This document shows, one piece after another, positions 19,959-29,803 of a DNA stretch of 64,000 nt. The notes beneath the pieces are model-generated. The model was not told the DNA's origin and did no database searches. It worked only from the letters and a program-made list of their open reading frames with translations. Position numbers and translations under genes: made by a program. Location of the stretch: NCBI GenBank assembly GCA_016704425.1, contig JADJAC010000010.1, positions 27,694 through 91,693 on the forward strand, written 5' to 3'. The stretch is from Sphingomonadales bacterium. Lineage in GTDB: Bacteria; Pseudomonadota; Alphaproteobacteria; Sphingomonadales; Sphingomonadaceae. Position 1 is the first letter of the stretch, and every line of letters begins with the position of its first letter.

Positions 19959-21039
19959 GGAACCACCATACGCCGTCGCGCGTCTCCCGATGCGCCCGAC
20001 CTTCGAGTTCAAGCCGACGCAGATGTGCCAGAGCTTCGCCCGTCGCCAGTTCGCGATGCTCAGCTCCGATCTCGCGATTGAAAAGCTGGCTGAAGCAATC
20101 GATAACCCGGCGGGGCTGGGCAAGATGGACCGTCAGCACGTCCAGCCGCGACAGATGCTCGTCACGAAGGGCCTTGAGCCGCACGTGAAGCCCCTTGAAG
20201 GGCTCCCCATGCGCCGGGCACACAAGCAGGTCATCCGGCAGGACATCGAGCAGCTTGTCAATCGATTCGAGCCATTCGCCGAGCGGGTCGGCCATAGGCT
20301 CGCTGATATTGACCGAGACGTTCGAACTGATCTTCGGCAGGACCTGATCGCCAGAGACAAGCACGCCGGACATTTCATTGAAGAGGCAGGCATGTTCCGG
20401 GCTGTGTCCGGACCCGACAACAATCTTCCAGACATTCGGGCCGAGTTCGAGCCTGTCGCCATCCTTCAGGCGCCGATAGCCCGCGGGCATCGGAAAGACC
20501 ATGCGGCCAAAGCGTCCCCATCCCTTCGAGCGGGTTTCCTCCAGAACATCGTCCCCCCAGCCCGCACCCCGCTGGGTGATGATGGCTTCTTCGGGAACCT
20601 CGTCACGCGCGTCGGCAATCAGCATGCGCGCAGTCAGCCATTCGCCGCGCGTCATCCACACATCCGCTTCGAACTTCTTCGCAAGCCAGCCGGCCAGCCC
20701 GATATGGTCGGGATGCATGTGCGTGCAGATGATGCGCGTCAGCTTCGATCCGGACAGGGCGCCCGCGAAAAGGGCTTTCCACGCATCGCTGCAGGTCTTG
20801 AGCTGCATGCCGGTATCGACCACAGCCCAACCATCCGCATCGTCCAGCAGCCAGCTGTTGATGTGGCCCAGAGATCCCGGCATCGGGATACGCGCCCAAC
20901 TGATGCCATCGGCAATCCGGGTCAGTTCGGCAGACGCGGGCGCTTGGGTGCCAAAGGGATAGGTCAGGCCCTTGTGGCTGGTCGCGAGGTAGCTTTCGTC
21001 ATGAACCAGCGACGCATCATAGGAGACGGGTTCGCTCAA
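19948..21039 (-). CDS. MBL-fold metallo-hydrolase
   Basis: THMHPDHIGL motif. The only in-frame start before the conserved domain is TTG at 21039, overlapping the trcR stop (TTGA). Confidence 0.8.
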   Translation of the reverse strand: MSEPVSYDASLVHDESYLATSHKGLTYPFGTQAPASAELTRIADGISWARIPMPGSLGHINSWLLDDADGWAVVDTGMQLKTCSDAWKALFAGALSGSKLTRIICTHMHPDHIGLAGWLAKKFEADVWMTRGEWLTARMLIADARDEVPEEAIITQRGAGWGDDVLEETRSKGWGRFGRMVFPMPAGYRRLKDGDRLELGPNVWKIVVGSGHSPEHACLFNEMSGVLVSGDQVLPKISSNVSVNISEPMADPLGEWLESIDKLLDVLPDDLLVCPAHGEPFKGLHVRLKALRDEHLSRLDVLTVHLAQPRRVIDCFSQLFNREIGAEHRELATGEALAHLRRLELEGRAHRETRDGVWWFHAS

Positions 21040-21722
21040 CGCTTGAACAGCGTCTCGGCGTTGTGCTCCACTGGCGCTACCGTCACCTCGACGCCTTCGG
21101 CCGCTGCCTCTGCCGCCCGCGCGGCCGCATCACGCTCGTGACGCAATTCCTCGATCAGGGCAGCACGATCGCCTTCAAGCTTGCCATCAGCCTGCGCTTC
21201 GATGCCTTTCAGCTTGGCTGCCTTCTTGACCACCGCATCGAGCTCGCGCTGGGTGCACAGGCCAAGTGTGACAGGGTCCTTGGGCACGATATCGACGATA
21301 TTCCAGTGCGTTCGGTCGCGGATGGCCTGGATCGTGTTGCGGGTCGTGCCGATCAGCTTGCCAATCTGCCCATCCGAAACCTCAGGATGGTTGCGGATGA
21401 TCCAGGCAATGCCGTCCGGCTTGTCCTGGCGCTTCGAAACCGGCGTATAACGCGGCCCCTTGGTGCGCGTGGCCTGTTCGGGCTCCCGAAACATCTTGAG
21501 TTCGAAATTGGGATCGGCCTGACCCTTGTCGATCTCCTCAAGCGTCAATTCGCCTGCGCGCACGGGGTCCCGCCCGGTCAGCTTGGTCGCAGCCATATCA
21601 TCGGCAATGGCCTGGACCTCGAGAATGTGGAGCCCGCAGAATTTGGTAATCTGTTCGAACGACAGCGCCGTATTGTCGACCAGCCATGATGCGGTCGCAT
21701 GGGGCATGAGCGGCTGGGCCAT
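21036..21722 (-). CDS. trcR: DUF1013 protein (cell-cycle transcriptional regulator TrcR family)
   Basis: MAQPLMPHATASWLVDNTALSFEQITKFCGLHILEVQAIADD..., matching the alphaproteobacterial DUF1013 pattern as I recall it. Confidence 0.75.
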   Translation of the reverse strand: MAQPLMPHATASWLVDNTALSFEQITKFCGLHILEVQAIADDMAATKLTGRDPVRAGELTLEEIDKGQADPNFELKMFREPEQATRTKGPRYTPVSKRQDKPDGIAWIIRNHPEVSDGQIGKLIGTTRNTIQAIRDRTHWNIVDIVPKDPVTLGLCTQRELDAVVKKAAKLKGIEAQADGKLEGDRAALIEELRHERDAAARAAEAAAEGVEVTVAPVEHNAETLFKR

Positions 21723-21740
21723 GATGAAAAACCTTTCAGA

Positions 21741-21771
21741 CAAAAGAAGGGCCGCCCCTTGCGGAGCGGCC
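21741..21771 (-). terminator. rho-independent terminator after the quinone oxidoreductase gene
   Basis: Minus strand has a GGCCGC..GCGGCC stem followed by CUUCUUUUG, 57 nt after the stop at 21828. Confidence 0.5.
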
Positions 21772-21827
21772 GTGTATGACTTGTTCGCTTAGTCTCGACA
21801 GGCTGCCAGAGCAAGAGGATTGACGCT

Positions 21828-22826
21828 TCAAATCACCAGAACGATCTTCCCGACATGGTCGCCGCCTTCCATCCGCGCGTGGGCGGCGGCGGCTTCGGCC
21901 AGCGGGAAGGTGCGGTCGATCACCGGTTTGAGCTTGCCTGCCTCGACATGCGGCCAGACGACGCGCTGGATTTCCTCGGCAACAAGCGTCTTGAACGCGA
22001 CTGGCCGAGCCCTGAGGGTCGATCCCGTCAAGGTCAGGCGCTTCATCATGATCATGGCAATGTTGATTTCCGCCGAAATACCGCGCTGCACAGCGATCGT
22101 CACATTGCGACCGTCTTCGGCCAGGCATTGGACATTGCGCGGGAGATAATCCCCGCCAACCATATCAAGCACGACCTGCACACCCTTGCTGCTTGTGATG
22201 GCCTGAACCTCACTCACAAAGTCCTGGGTCGCATAGTTGATGGCGTGATCGGCACCCAACTCCAGTGCACGGGCGCATTTGTCATTCGAACCGCAAGTCA
22301 CAATCACTGTCAATCCGAACAGCTTGCCGAGTGCAATCGCCATGGTCCCGATGCCACTGGTGCCGCCGTGCACAAGCACGGTATCGCCTTCGACGGCATA
22401 GGCCCGCTCGAACAGGTTGGTCCACACGGTGAAGAGCGTCTCCGGCATGGCAGCCGCTTCAATCAATGTGATTGCGTCAGGCACCGGCAGGCACTGGCCA
22501 AGCGGCGCCACGCAATATTCGGCATAGCCGCCCCCCGCCACGAGCGCACAGACCCTCTGGCCGATCCTGCCGGGTTCCACGCCTTCTCCGACCGCAATGA
22601 TTTCCCCGGCCACTTCAAGCCCCGGAATGCTGGGCGCGCCCGGCGGCGGCGGGTACATGCCGCGCCTTTGCAGTACATCAGGCCGATTGACACCGGCTGC
22701 AGCGACCTTGATCAGCACATCCCCGGTCCCTGGTTGAGGGACCGGCCGTGTCGCCGGTTGAAGAACTTCGGGACCGCCCGGCGCGGCGGGATCGATTGCA
22801 ATCATGGTGTCGGGATGGACAGGCAC
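21828..22826 (-). CDS. NAD(P)H:quinone oxidoreductase (zeta-crystallin/MDR family)
   Basis: GGPEVL...VLIKVAAAGVNRPDVLQRRGMYPPPPGAPSIPGLEVAG...LVHGGTSGIG. Start is GTG at 22826 or ATG at 22805. Confidence 0.88.
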   Translation of the reverse strand: MPVHPDTMIAIDPAAPGGPEVLQPATRPVPQPGTGDVLIKVAAAGVNRPDVLQRRGMYPPPPGAPSIPGLEVAGEIIAVGEGVEPGRIGQRVCALVAGGGYAEYCVAPLGQCLPVPDAITLIEAAAMPETLFTVWTNLFERAYAVEGDTVLVHGGTSGIGTMAIALGKLFGLTVIVTCGSNDKCARALELGADHAINYATQDFVSEVQAITSSKGVQVVLDMVGGDYLPRNVQCLAEDGRNVTIAVQRGISAEINIAMIMMKRLTLTGSTLRARPVAFKTLVAEEIQRVVWPHVEAGKLKPVIDRTFPLAEAAAAHARMEGGDHVGKIVLVI

Positions 22827-22895
22827 GCGGATCCCCCTGTTTCGAAACGCACGCGCCTTATTGACTTGAGCGGCGGTTCGGTCAACGATTCAGCT

Positions 22896-23093
22896 ATGGA
22901 CATGGATGAATTGTTCGCCAAGCGGCCGCAGGATCCGCTGACCTTGCTCGTCAAGCAAGATCTCGACCCGTTGTCCGTTAATGAATTGAAGGATCGGGTG
23001 GCGATACTCGAAGCGGAGATCGCGCGCGTGAACCGAAAGATCGAAGGGTCCGTTAATTTTCGGGCAAGTGCGGAAGGGTTATTCAAACGCTGA
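22896..23093 (+). CDS. DUF1192 small coiled-coil protein
   Basis: MDMDELFAKRPQDPLTLLVKQDLDPLSVNELKDRVAILEAEIARVNRKIEG...LFKR. This is the in-frame tail of a long shadow ORF; ATG at 22896. Confidence 0.7.
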   Translation: MDMDELFAKRPQDPLTLLVKQDLDPLSVNELKDRVAILEAEIARVNRKIEGSVNFRASAEGLFKR

Positions 23094-23142
23094 CTTGATG
23101 TTTGGCATCTCAGGCCCGACATAGTGAGCGAAGGAGCATCAA

Positions 23143-25464
23143 ATGCCATCTTTTGCCCGTGAACTGGAAACCACGCTGCACAACGCGCTAGCCGCTGCGT
23201 CCAGCCGCAAGCACGAATATGCGACGCTTGAGCACCTGCTCTATGCGTTGATCGATGACGAGCATGCCTCAAAGGTCATGGTCGCGTGCGGCGTGGAGCT
23301 TGGCGAGCTCAAGGATACGGTTGCCCATTATCTCGATACCGAACTGGAATCGCTCAAAGTCCAGGGAGACTCCGACCCTTCGCCGACAAGCGGGTTCCAG
23401 CGCGTCGTCCAGCGCGCAATCCTCCACGTCCAGTCTTCGGGCCGGGACGATGTTACCGGCGCGAATGTACTGGTCGCGCTGTTTTCCGAGCGCGAAAGCT
23501 ATGCCGTCTATTTCCTGCAACAACAGGATATGAGCCGCCTTGATGCGGTCAGCTTCATTTCGCACGGCGTGGGCAAAGGCACCGAAGTTCCCGAGACACG
23601 CGAAGTGAAGGGCGCCGAGGAAAAGGAAGAGAAGAAGCAGGACGCGCAAGGCAAAGGTAAGCAGGAATCCGCGCTCAAGCAATTCTGCGTCGATCTGAAC
23701 GAAAAGGCGCGGACCGGGAAGGTCGATCCACTGATCGGCCGCGGTCCCGAAGTCGACCGGACCGTGCAGATCCTCTGCCGCCGGTCCAAGAACAATCCGC
23801 TGTATGTGGGTGAACCGGGCGTCGGCAAGACTGCCATTGCGGAAGGTCTGGCGCGCAAGATCATCGAGGGCGATGTGCCTGAGGTGCTCCTTCCCGCGGT
23901 CATCTATTCGCTCGACATGGGCGCCCTGCTGGCCGGGACCCGCTATCGCGGCGATTTCGAGGAACGGCTGAAAGCGGTCGTCAACGAACTGGAAAAGCTG
24001 CCGCACGCGATTCTCTTCATCGACGAGATTCACACTGTGATCGGGGCAGGCGCGACGTCAGGCGGGGCGATGGATGCCTCGAATCTGCTGAAGCCCGCGC
24101 TTTCAGGGGGCACGATCCGCTGCATCGGCTCGACGACCTACAAGGAATTCCGCAACCATTTCGAAAAGGACCGCGCGCTTCTCCGCCGGTTCCAGAAAAT
24201 CGATGTGAACGAGCCCACCGTCGAAGACTCGATCAAGATCCTGACCGGCCTTCGCAGTGCCTTCGAAAACCATCACCACGTCAAATACACGCCCGATGCG
24301 ATCAAGTCGGCCGTCGAACTTTCGGCGCGCTACATCAATGATCGCAAACTGCCAGACAAGGCAATCGATGTGATCGACGAAGTCGGCGCCATGCAAATGC
24401 TGGTGCCGCCCGCAAAGCGCAAGAAGATCATCACACCCAAGGAAATCGAGGCGGTCATCGCGACGATGGCCCGCATCCCGCCGAAAACTGTCTCCAGCGA
24501 CGACAAGAAATCACTGGAAACGCTTGAGGCGGACTTGAAGCGGGTGGTCTTCGGGCAGAATGAGGCAATTGAGAAGCTCGCATCGGCGATCAAGCTGTCG
24601 CGGGCTGGCTTGCGCGATCCGGAAAAGCCGATTGGCTCCTACCTGTTCACCGGGCCGACTGGCGTTGGCAAGACGGAGGTTGCTCGCCAGCTCGCGTCGA
24701 TCATGGGGATTCCGCTCCAGCGGTTCGACATGAGTGAATATATGGAACGGCACTCGGTCAGCCGCCTGATCGGTGCGCCTCCGGGCTATGTCGGCTATGA
24801 TCAGGGCGGGCTCTTGACCGATGCGGTCGACCAGCAACCACACTCTGTGCTCCTGCTCGACGAAATCGAGAAGGCCCATCCAGACCTGTTCAACATCCTG
24901 CTGCAGGTGATGGACAATGGGCGCCTGACCGACCACCACGGCAAGCAGGTCGATTTCCGCAATGTCATCCTCATCATGACGACCAATGCGGGCGCCAGCG
25001 ACATGGCGCGCGAAACAGTCGGTTTTGGCAACCTCACCCGCGAGGGCGAGGATGGCGAGGCGGTGAAGAAGATGTTCACGCCCGAATTCCGCAACCGGCT
25101 CGATGCGGTGGTGCCGTTTGGATACCTGCCGCCCGAAGTCGTGGCCCGGGTCGTCGAGAAATTCATCCTCGAACTCGAACTCCAGCTTGCCGATCGCGAT
25201 GTCCATATCAAGCTCGACGAGCCTGCCAAGGCCTGGCTGACCGAGCGTGGCTATGACAAGCTCTATGGCGCCCGCCCGATGAGCCGGTTGATCCAGGAAA
25301 AGATCAAGCAGCCGCTTGCCGAGGAATTGCTGTTCGGCAAGCTTGTCCACGGCGGCGAAGTTGCGGTGCACATGAAAGACGGCGCGATGGCGTTCGAAAT
25401 CACGCCAGCCCCGCCCAAAAAGGGCAAGAAGGGCGGCAAGGCAAAGGCAAAAGCCGGGGCCTGA
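23143..25464 (+). CDS. clpA: ATP-dependent Clp protease ATP-binding subunit ClpA
   Basis: 773 aa with a Clp N-domain and two AAA+ modules ([18 protein letters not shown]). Confidence 0.96.
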   Translation: MPSFARELETTLHNALAAASSRKHEYATLEHLLYALIDDEHASKVMVACGVELGELKDTVAHYLDTELESLKVQGDSDPSPTSGFQRVVQRAILHVQSSGRDDVTGANVLVALFSERESYAVYFLQQQDMSRLDAVSFISHGVGKGTEVPETREVKGAEEKEEKKQDAQGKGKQESALKQFCVDLNEKARTGKVDPLIGRGPEVDRTVQILCRRSKNNPLYVGEPGVGKTAIAEGLARKIIEGDVPEVLLPAVIYSLDMGALLAGTRYRGDFEERLKAVVNELEKLPHAILFIDEIHTVIGAGATSGGAMDASNLLKPALSGGTIRCIGSTTYKEFRNHFEKDRALLRRFQKIDVNEPTVEDSIKILTGLRSAFENHHHVKYTPDAIKSAVELSARYINDRKLPDKAIDVIDEVGAMQMLVPPAKRKKIITPKEIEAVIATMARIPPKTVSSDDKKSLETLEADLKRVVFGQNEAIEKLASAIKLSRAGLRDPEKPIGSYLFTGPTGVGKTEVARQLASIMGIPLQRFDMSEYMERHSVSRLIGAPPGYVGYDQGGLLTDAVDQQPHSVLLLDEIEKAHPDLFNILLQVMDNGRLTDHHGKQVDFRNVILIMTTNAGASDMARETVGFGNLTREGEDGEAVKKMFTPEFRNRLDAVVPFGYLPPEVVARVVEKFILELELQLADRDVHIKLDEPAKAWLTERGYDKLYGARPMSRLIQEKIKQPLAEELLFGKLVHGGEVAVHMKDGAMAFEITPAPPKKGKKGGKAKAKAGA

Positions 25465-25507
25465 GGCCGATCGACGGGTTTCGGGCGCGCGCCTTGCGCG
25501 TCCGGAG

Positions 25508-26389
25508 CTACTTCAGATAGCGCCGGAACCAGTCCAGCCCTTCGGCAAAGCCCTGCTTTGCCGCCGCTTCATTGTAGCTCGGGCGATAGTCGGCAAGGAA
25601 TCCGTGATCGGCGCCCGCGAAGACATGGATTGTTGAAGGCTTTTTCGCAGCTTTCAGGGCAGCGTTCATTGTTGCCACATCGGCTTGGGTGATGCCCTTG
25701 TCCAATGCGCCATAGAGCCCGAGGACCGGCGCCTTGATCGCAGGCACGAGATCGATCGGATTCTTCGGCTGAAGTTCGGTCGACTTCGCGATGACGCGCC
25801 CATAACAGGCAACTCCGGCCTTCAACCGAGGATTGTGCGCGGCATAGAGCCAGACAATGCGCCCGCCCCAGCAGAACCCCGTAATGCCGAGTTTCGCGGC
25901 ATTGCCGCCGTCTGCGCCGGCAAATTGGGCAGCCGCATCCAGATCGCCCATCACCTGAGCATCGGGCACTTTTGCAACGATATCACTGATCAGGGCCTTG
26001 AAGTCGGCAATCTTGGTCGCATCGCCCTGACGCTGATAGAGGTCGGGCGCAATCGCGTAGAATCCTGCCTTGGCATAGCGGCGGCAGATATCCTTCACCC
26101 ACTCGTGCAAGCCGAAAATTTCCTGCACGACGATGACAACCGGCAGGTTGCGCTTGCCCGCCGGCCTGGCGCGATAGGCATTCATGCGCAATCCCTCAGT
26201 CTGGAAACTGGTCATCCCGGCATCGAGTCCATCCGTATCGGTCGTGATCGCAGATGCAGCGACAGGCTGCGCCGCGAGAGCATAGCCAGCCAGAACGGCA
26301 CTCCCCAGGATCGCGGCACGGCGATCAACCTGGGTCGAGCGAACCCAGTTCCGGTCTTCGCTCAGGCGTTCGGGACTCTCTTCGGTCAT
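25508..26389 (-). CDS. dienelactone hydrolase family protein with Tat-like signal
   Basis: RRAAILGSAVLAG twin-Arg signal, nucleophile elbow GFCWGG, and a C-terminal ADHGF. Confidence 0.82.
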   Translation of the reverse strand: MTEESPERLSEDRNWVRSTQVDRRAAILGSAVLAGYALAAQPVAASAITTDTDGLDAGMTSFQTEGLRMNAYRARPAGKRNLPVVIVVQEIFGLHEWVKDICRRYAKAGFYAIAPDLYQRQGDATKIADFKALISDIVAKVPDAQVMGDLDAAAQFAGADGGNAAKLGITGFCWGGRIVWLYAAHNPRLKAGVACYGRVIAKSTELQPKNPIDLVPAIKAPVLGLYGALDKGITQADVATMNAALKAAKKPSTIHVFAGADHGFLADYRPSYNEAAAKQGFAEGLDWFRRYLK

Positions 26390-26507
26390 GACATCATTCT
26401 CCGTACAAAGCGCGCGCCCGACTCCACGCCGCCAAGTAAAAGCGGTTGGCAAGGCAAAGTCAATGTTCCATATATGTTCACAACGCGATTCGAACCCGGA
26501 GTTGAAA

Positions 26508-27140
26508 ATGACCGCCAGCCTGACCTTCTACACCAACCCCATGTCGCGCGGGCAGATCGTCCGCTGGATGCTTGAGGAGGTCGGGGCGCCCTATGATCAG
26601 GTGCTGCTCGACTTTAGCTCGGGCATGAAGGACGCGGCCTATCTGGCGATCAACCCGATGGGCAAGGTTCCGGCGATCAAGCATGGCGAGCATGTTGTCA
26701 CCGAATGTGCGGCAATCTGCGCCTATCTGGCCGACGCCTTTCCGGAGGCCGGGCTTGCCCCGGCGCCATCCGAACGCGCCGATTATTATCGCTGGCTGTT
26801 TTTCGCCGCCGGGCCACTGGAGCAGGCTTTGGTCAATACATCGCTTGGCTTCGAAGTGCCTGCAGAAAAGACGGGCATGGCCGGCTATGGCAATTTCGCG
26901 CTGACTGTCGATGTGCTCGAACTGGCAGTCAGCAAGTATGACTATGTTGCGGGCCCGAAATTCTCTGCCGCTGACGTCTATGTCGGCTCGCAGATTGTCT
27001 GGGGCACCCGCTTCGGCACATTGCCGAAACGACCCGCATTCGAAGCTTATGGTGCCCGTGTCACTGCACGCCCCGCCTATATCCGCGCGAACGAAATCGA
27101 CGGGGCATTGATTGCACAGGCGCAACAGAACAAGGCCTGA
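26508..27140 (+). CDS. glutathione S-transferase
   Basis: LTFYTNPMSRGQIVRWMLEE...INPMGKVPAI, a GST N-terminal thioredoxin-like pattern. ATG at 26508. Confidence 0.85.
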   Translation: MTASLTFYTNPMSRGQIVRWMLEEVGAPYDQVLLDFSSGMKDAAYLAINPMGKVPAIKHGEHVVTECAAICAYLADAFPEAGLAPAPSERADYYRWLFFAAGPLEQALVNTSLGFEVPAEKTGMAGYGNFALTVDVLELAVSKYDYVAGPKFSAADVYVGSQIVWGTRFGTLPKRPAFEAYGARVTARPAYIRANEIDGALIAQAQQNKA

Positions 27141-27198
27141 TGATCCGCCCGGGACAGGTTGGCGTTACCATCCCGGACACGCAGCAGGCCAACCTCCG

Positions 27199-27708
27199 CT
27201 ACTGGACCGTCACCGTCACGGCACGGCGGTTGCGGGCCCAGCTTGCCTCGTCGGAACCCATGGCATCCGGCCGTTCCTTGCCGTAGCTGATCGTCGAGAT
27301 GCGGCCGGAATCGACGCCGAGCGACGCCAGGAAGTTCTTGGCGGCATTGGCCCGGCGATCGCCCAGCGCAATATTATAGTCGCGCGTGCCACGTTCGTCG
27401 CAATGACCTTCAATGGTCACGCGCTTGTTCGGATATTGGGCAAGCCAGCTCGCCTGGCTGCGGAGCGTTGCCTGATCCTCCTCATCGATATCGAACTTGT
27501 CGGTATCGAAATACACGCGATCTGAGGACACGCTGGCCACGAAATCAGCCTGGCTGCCGGGTATGGGTTTGCCAGCATTGGCATCCGTCACTGCTTCTTC
27601 CTGCTGAACCGGCGCGGGCGGAATATCTTCCACCTTGCGCTTGGGCGCGCAGGCAGCAAGCGCCACAAGGGAAGCGACCATGACCAGTCGGGTTGCGGTC
27701 TTGTTCAT
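27199..27708 (-). CDS. pal: peptidoglycan-associated lipoprotein Pal
   Basis: Lipobox LAAC and an OmpA-like domain (IEGHCDERGTRDYNIALGDRRA). AAGGAG lies before the ATG at 27708. Confidence 0.94.
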   Translation of the reverse strand: MNKTATRLVMVASLVALAACAPKRKVEDIPPAPVQQEEAVTDANAGKPIPGSQADFVASVSSDRVYFDTDKFDIDEEDQATLRSQASWLAQYPNKRVTIEGHCDERGTRDYNIALGDRRANAAKNFLASLGVDSGRISTISYGKERPDAMGSDEASWARNRRAVTVTVQ

Positions 27709-27728
27709 TGTCTGTCTCCTTCGTCCAT

Positions 27729-29048
27729 TCAAGGTAATATCGGGCCCCAGGCGGGGTCGGACCCGTCAAGTGGGGTAGGAATACGGCGCTCGTTCACACC
27801 CGTCAGGTCCACCTGCCACACACCAGTCTTGCCATTGCCCTGCGCCGTCCTGAAAAACTGGATCACGCGGCCATTGGGAGACCAGCTTGGTGCTTCATCC
27901 TGCCAGCTGTCGGTCAATAGCCGCTCGTTCCCGCCGGTGGGAGCCATCACGCCAATGCGAAAATTGCCCGCAATCCTTGTAAAGGCAATCAGGTCTCCGC
28001 GCGGGCTCCATTCGGGTGTGGCGTAGCGGCCACCGCCGAAGCTGACGCGCTGCTGGCCGGAGCCATCGGCGTTCATCACATAGATCTGCTGACTGCCGGA
28101 ACGATCACTTTCAAACACGATCTTGCTTCCATCCGGAGAGAAACTGCCGCCCGTGTCGATCCCGGGAGAATTGGTCAGCCGCTGCGGCGTGCCACCATTG
28201 GCAGAGATCCGGTAGATGTCCGTGTTGCCGGCCACCGCCATCGAATAGAGGATGGTCTTGCCATCCGGGGAAAACCGGGGCGAGAAGGTGGGGTTGGCGC
28301 TTTCGGTCACCAGCCTTTGGGTGCCCGCCGCCACATCATAGATGAAGATACGCGGGCGGCTGCCGAGATAGCTCAGATAGACGATCGACTTGTAATCCGG
28401 CGAGAAACGCGGGGTCAGCGCAAGCGTCTGCCCGTTGGTGATGAAACGGTGGTTCGCACCGTCGGAATCCATGATCGCGAGCCGTTTGATCCGGCGATTC
28501 TTGGGCCCGCTTTCGGCAATATAGGCAATCCGGCTGTCGAAGAACGGGCTTTCGCCAGAAAGACGTGCATAGATTGCGTCGGCACACTTGTGGGCGGCTC
28601 GCCGCCAGTCGCGCGGCGCAATGACATAGCCTTGCCGCGTCAGTTCGGATTTGAGCGCCACGTCGTAAAGATAGCATCCCACAGTCAGTTCGCCATTGGC
28701 GTTGGCGCGGACATAACCCTGCACCAGCGCTTCGGCTCCGGAGGCCGCCCATGCCTCGAATTGCGGTGCCGTGACTTCGTCATTGCCGATGGCCCGGATG
28801 CCGCCGGGACCGACCGGTTTGAACAGACCCGAACCCTTCAGGTCGGCTGCGATCACTTCTGCAATCTGGCGACCAAGCACATCGGTCGACCCGGCAGGCG
28901 TAGCCATAGCTTGGGGCGTTGGCATGACAGGCACGGCAACGTTGAGGTCATTCCCGCTTTCATCCGTCACCGAACCTTCAATTTGCGCTACTGCGCCTGT
29001 CGCGGTGAACCAGAGAAACAAGAGCGCAGCGCAGTAACGAAAGTTCAT
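27729..29048 (-). CDS. tolB: Tol-Pal system beta-propeller protein TolB
   Basis: 439 aa with a signal peptide and repeated P.FSPDG propeller motifs. Confidence 0.95.
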   Translation of the reverse strand: MNFRYCAALLFLWFTATGAVAQIEGSVTDESGNDLNVAVPVMPTPQAMATPAGSTDVLGRQIAEVIAADLKGSGLFKPVGPGGIRAIGNDEVTAPQFEAWAASGAEALVQGYVRANANGELTVGCYLYDVALKSELTRQGYVIAPRDWRRAAHKCADAIYARLSGESPFFDSRIAYIAESGPKNRRIKRLAIMDSDGANHRFITNGQTLALTPRFSPDYKSIVYLSYLGSRPRIFIYDVAAGTQRLVTESANPTFSPRFSPDGKTILYSMAVAGNTDIYRISANGGTPQRLTNSPGIDTGGSFSPDGSKIVFESDRSGSQQIYVMNADGSGQQRVSFGGGRYATPEWSPRGDLIAFTRIAGNFRIGVMAPTGGNERLLTDSWQDEAPSWSPNGRVIQFFRTAQGNGKTGVWQVDLTGVNERRIPTPLDGSDPAWGPILP

Positions 29049-29803
29049 TGAGACAACCTTTTGTCAAAGCGAAAGGATACTACAGATTTCCAGTAACCAT
29101 AATATTCGGACGGGAGTGTTAACGGAGCAGCGGCACGGACTGCTTTAACTGCATTCTCTCTATGCAATTTCGCCTGTGGCCCGTTACTCGGTGTAACTCC
29201 AGTTTGGTCGACAAATCTGGGCTCACCAATTAGGCTACCGTCCTTTGCCAAGTCCCAGCTCAAAACCGTTACCAACCGGTCAACATCAGCACCCGTCGGA
29301 GACTTCCATTTCGGCTTCAACTGGCGACCTATCTCCTGCGATAGAGATCGCTTGACCAGAACGCTTTCCGCATTGGAGTTAGCCGAGGAAGTCGTTGGCG
29401 TAGCTTTTGCCGGCGAATCACCGATCCCGACCAAAATGTCGCGGGAAAGGCCAGGCTTGCGCCGCGGTTGGGGACCATTCGGTGTCGGCTTTGTGGGCGC
29501 CAGTTTTGCAACAGGCTTCGGCGCTGGCTTGGACTGCGCTATGGTCGGCAAGGGCGCTGGCGCCAATTCTTCCGGCGAGGTGGTTGGTGCCGTTTCAGTC
29601 GAGGCAGTCGCTGGCGCCGGTGCCGGGGAAGGCTGCGGCGCTGTGGATTCCAGCGCGACCGGGTCAACAAGCGACACTTCGATGGGCTCGGCATCATATT
29701 TCGGCAGCTCGGGCGGCTTCAGCAGGTTGAGCGAAAGCGCCGCGAAGAGCATGGCATGCGCAACGACGGCGACACCAAGTCCGGTCTGTTCGGCGCGGTC
29801 CAC
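29045..29803 (-). CDS. tolA: TolA-like cell-envelope integrity protein
   Basis: N-terminal TM anchor, Pro/Ala-rich linker and a C-terminal TolA/TonB-like domain. Sits between tolR and tolB with ATGA overlaps. Confidence 0.8.
   Translation of the reverse strand: MDRAEQTGLGVAVVAHAMLFAALSLNLLKPPELPKYDAEPIEVSLVDPVALESTAPQPSPAPAPATASTETAPTTSPEELAPAPLPTIAQSKPAPKPVAKLAPTKPTPNGPQPRRKPGLSRDILVGIGDSPAKATPTTSSANSNAESVLVKRSLSQEIGRQLKPKWKSPTGADVDRLVTVLSWDLAKDGSLIGEPRFVDQTGVTPSNGPQAKLHRENAVKAVRAAAPLTLPSEYYGYWKSVVSFRFDKRLSQ

Noticed and set aside
22896-23142. Expected clpS adaptor gene immediately upstream of clpA
   Set aside because: The upstream ORF is a 65-aa DUF1192-type coiled-coil protein with no ClpS-like sequence. 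The absence of clpS here says nothing about the rest of the genome, so it is not reported as a finding.
27141-27198. Inverted repeat AGGTTGGC-N24-GCCAACCT between the convergent GST and pal genes, as a bidirectional terminator
   Set aside because: It has a long loop and no flanking U/A tracts, so the evidence is too weak to call.
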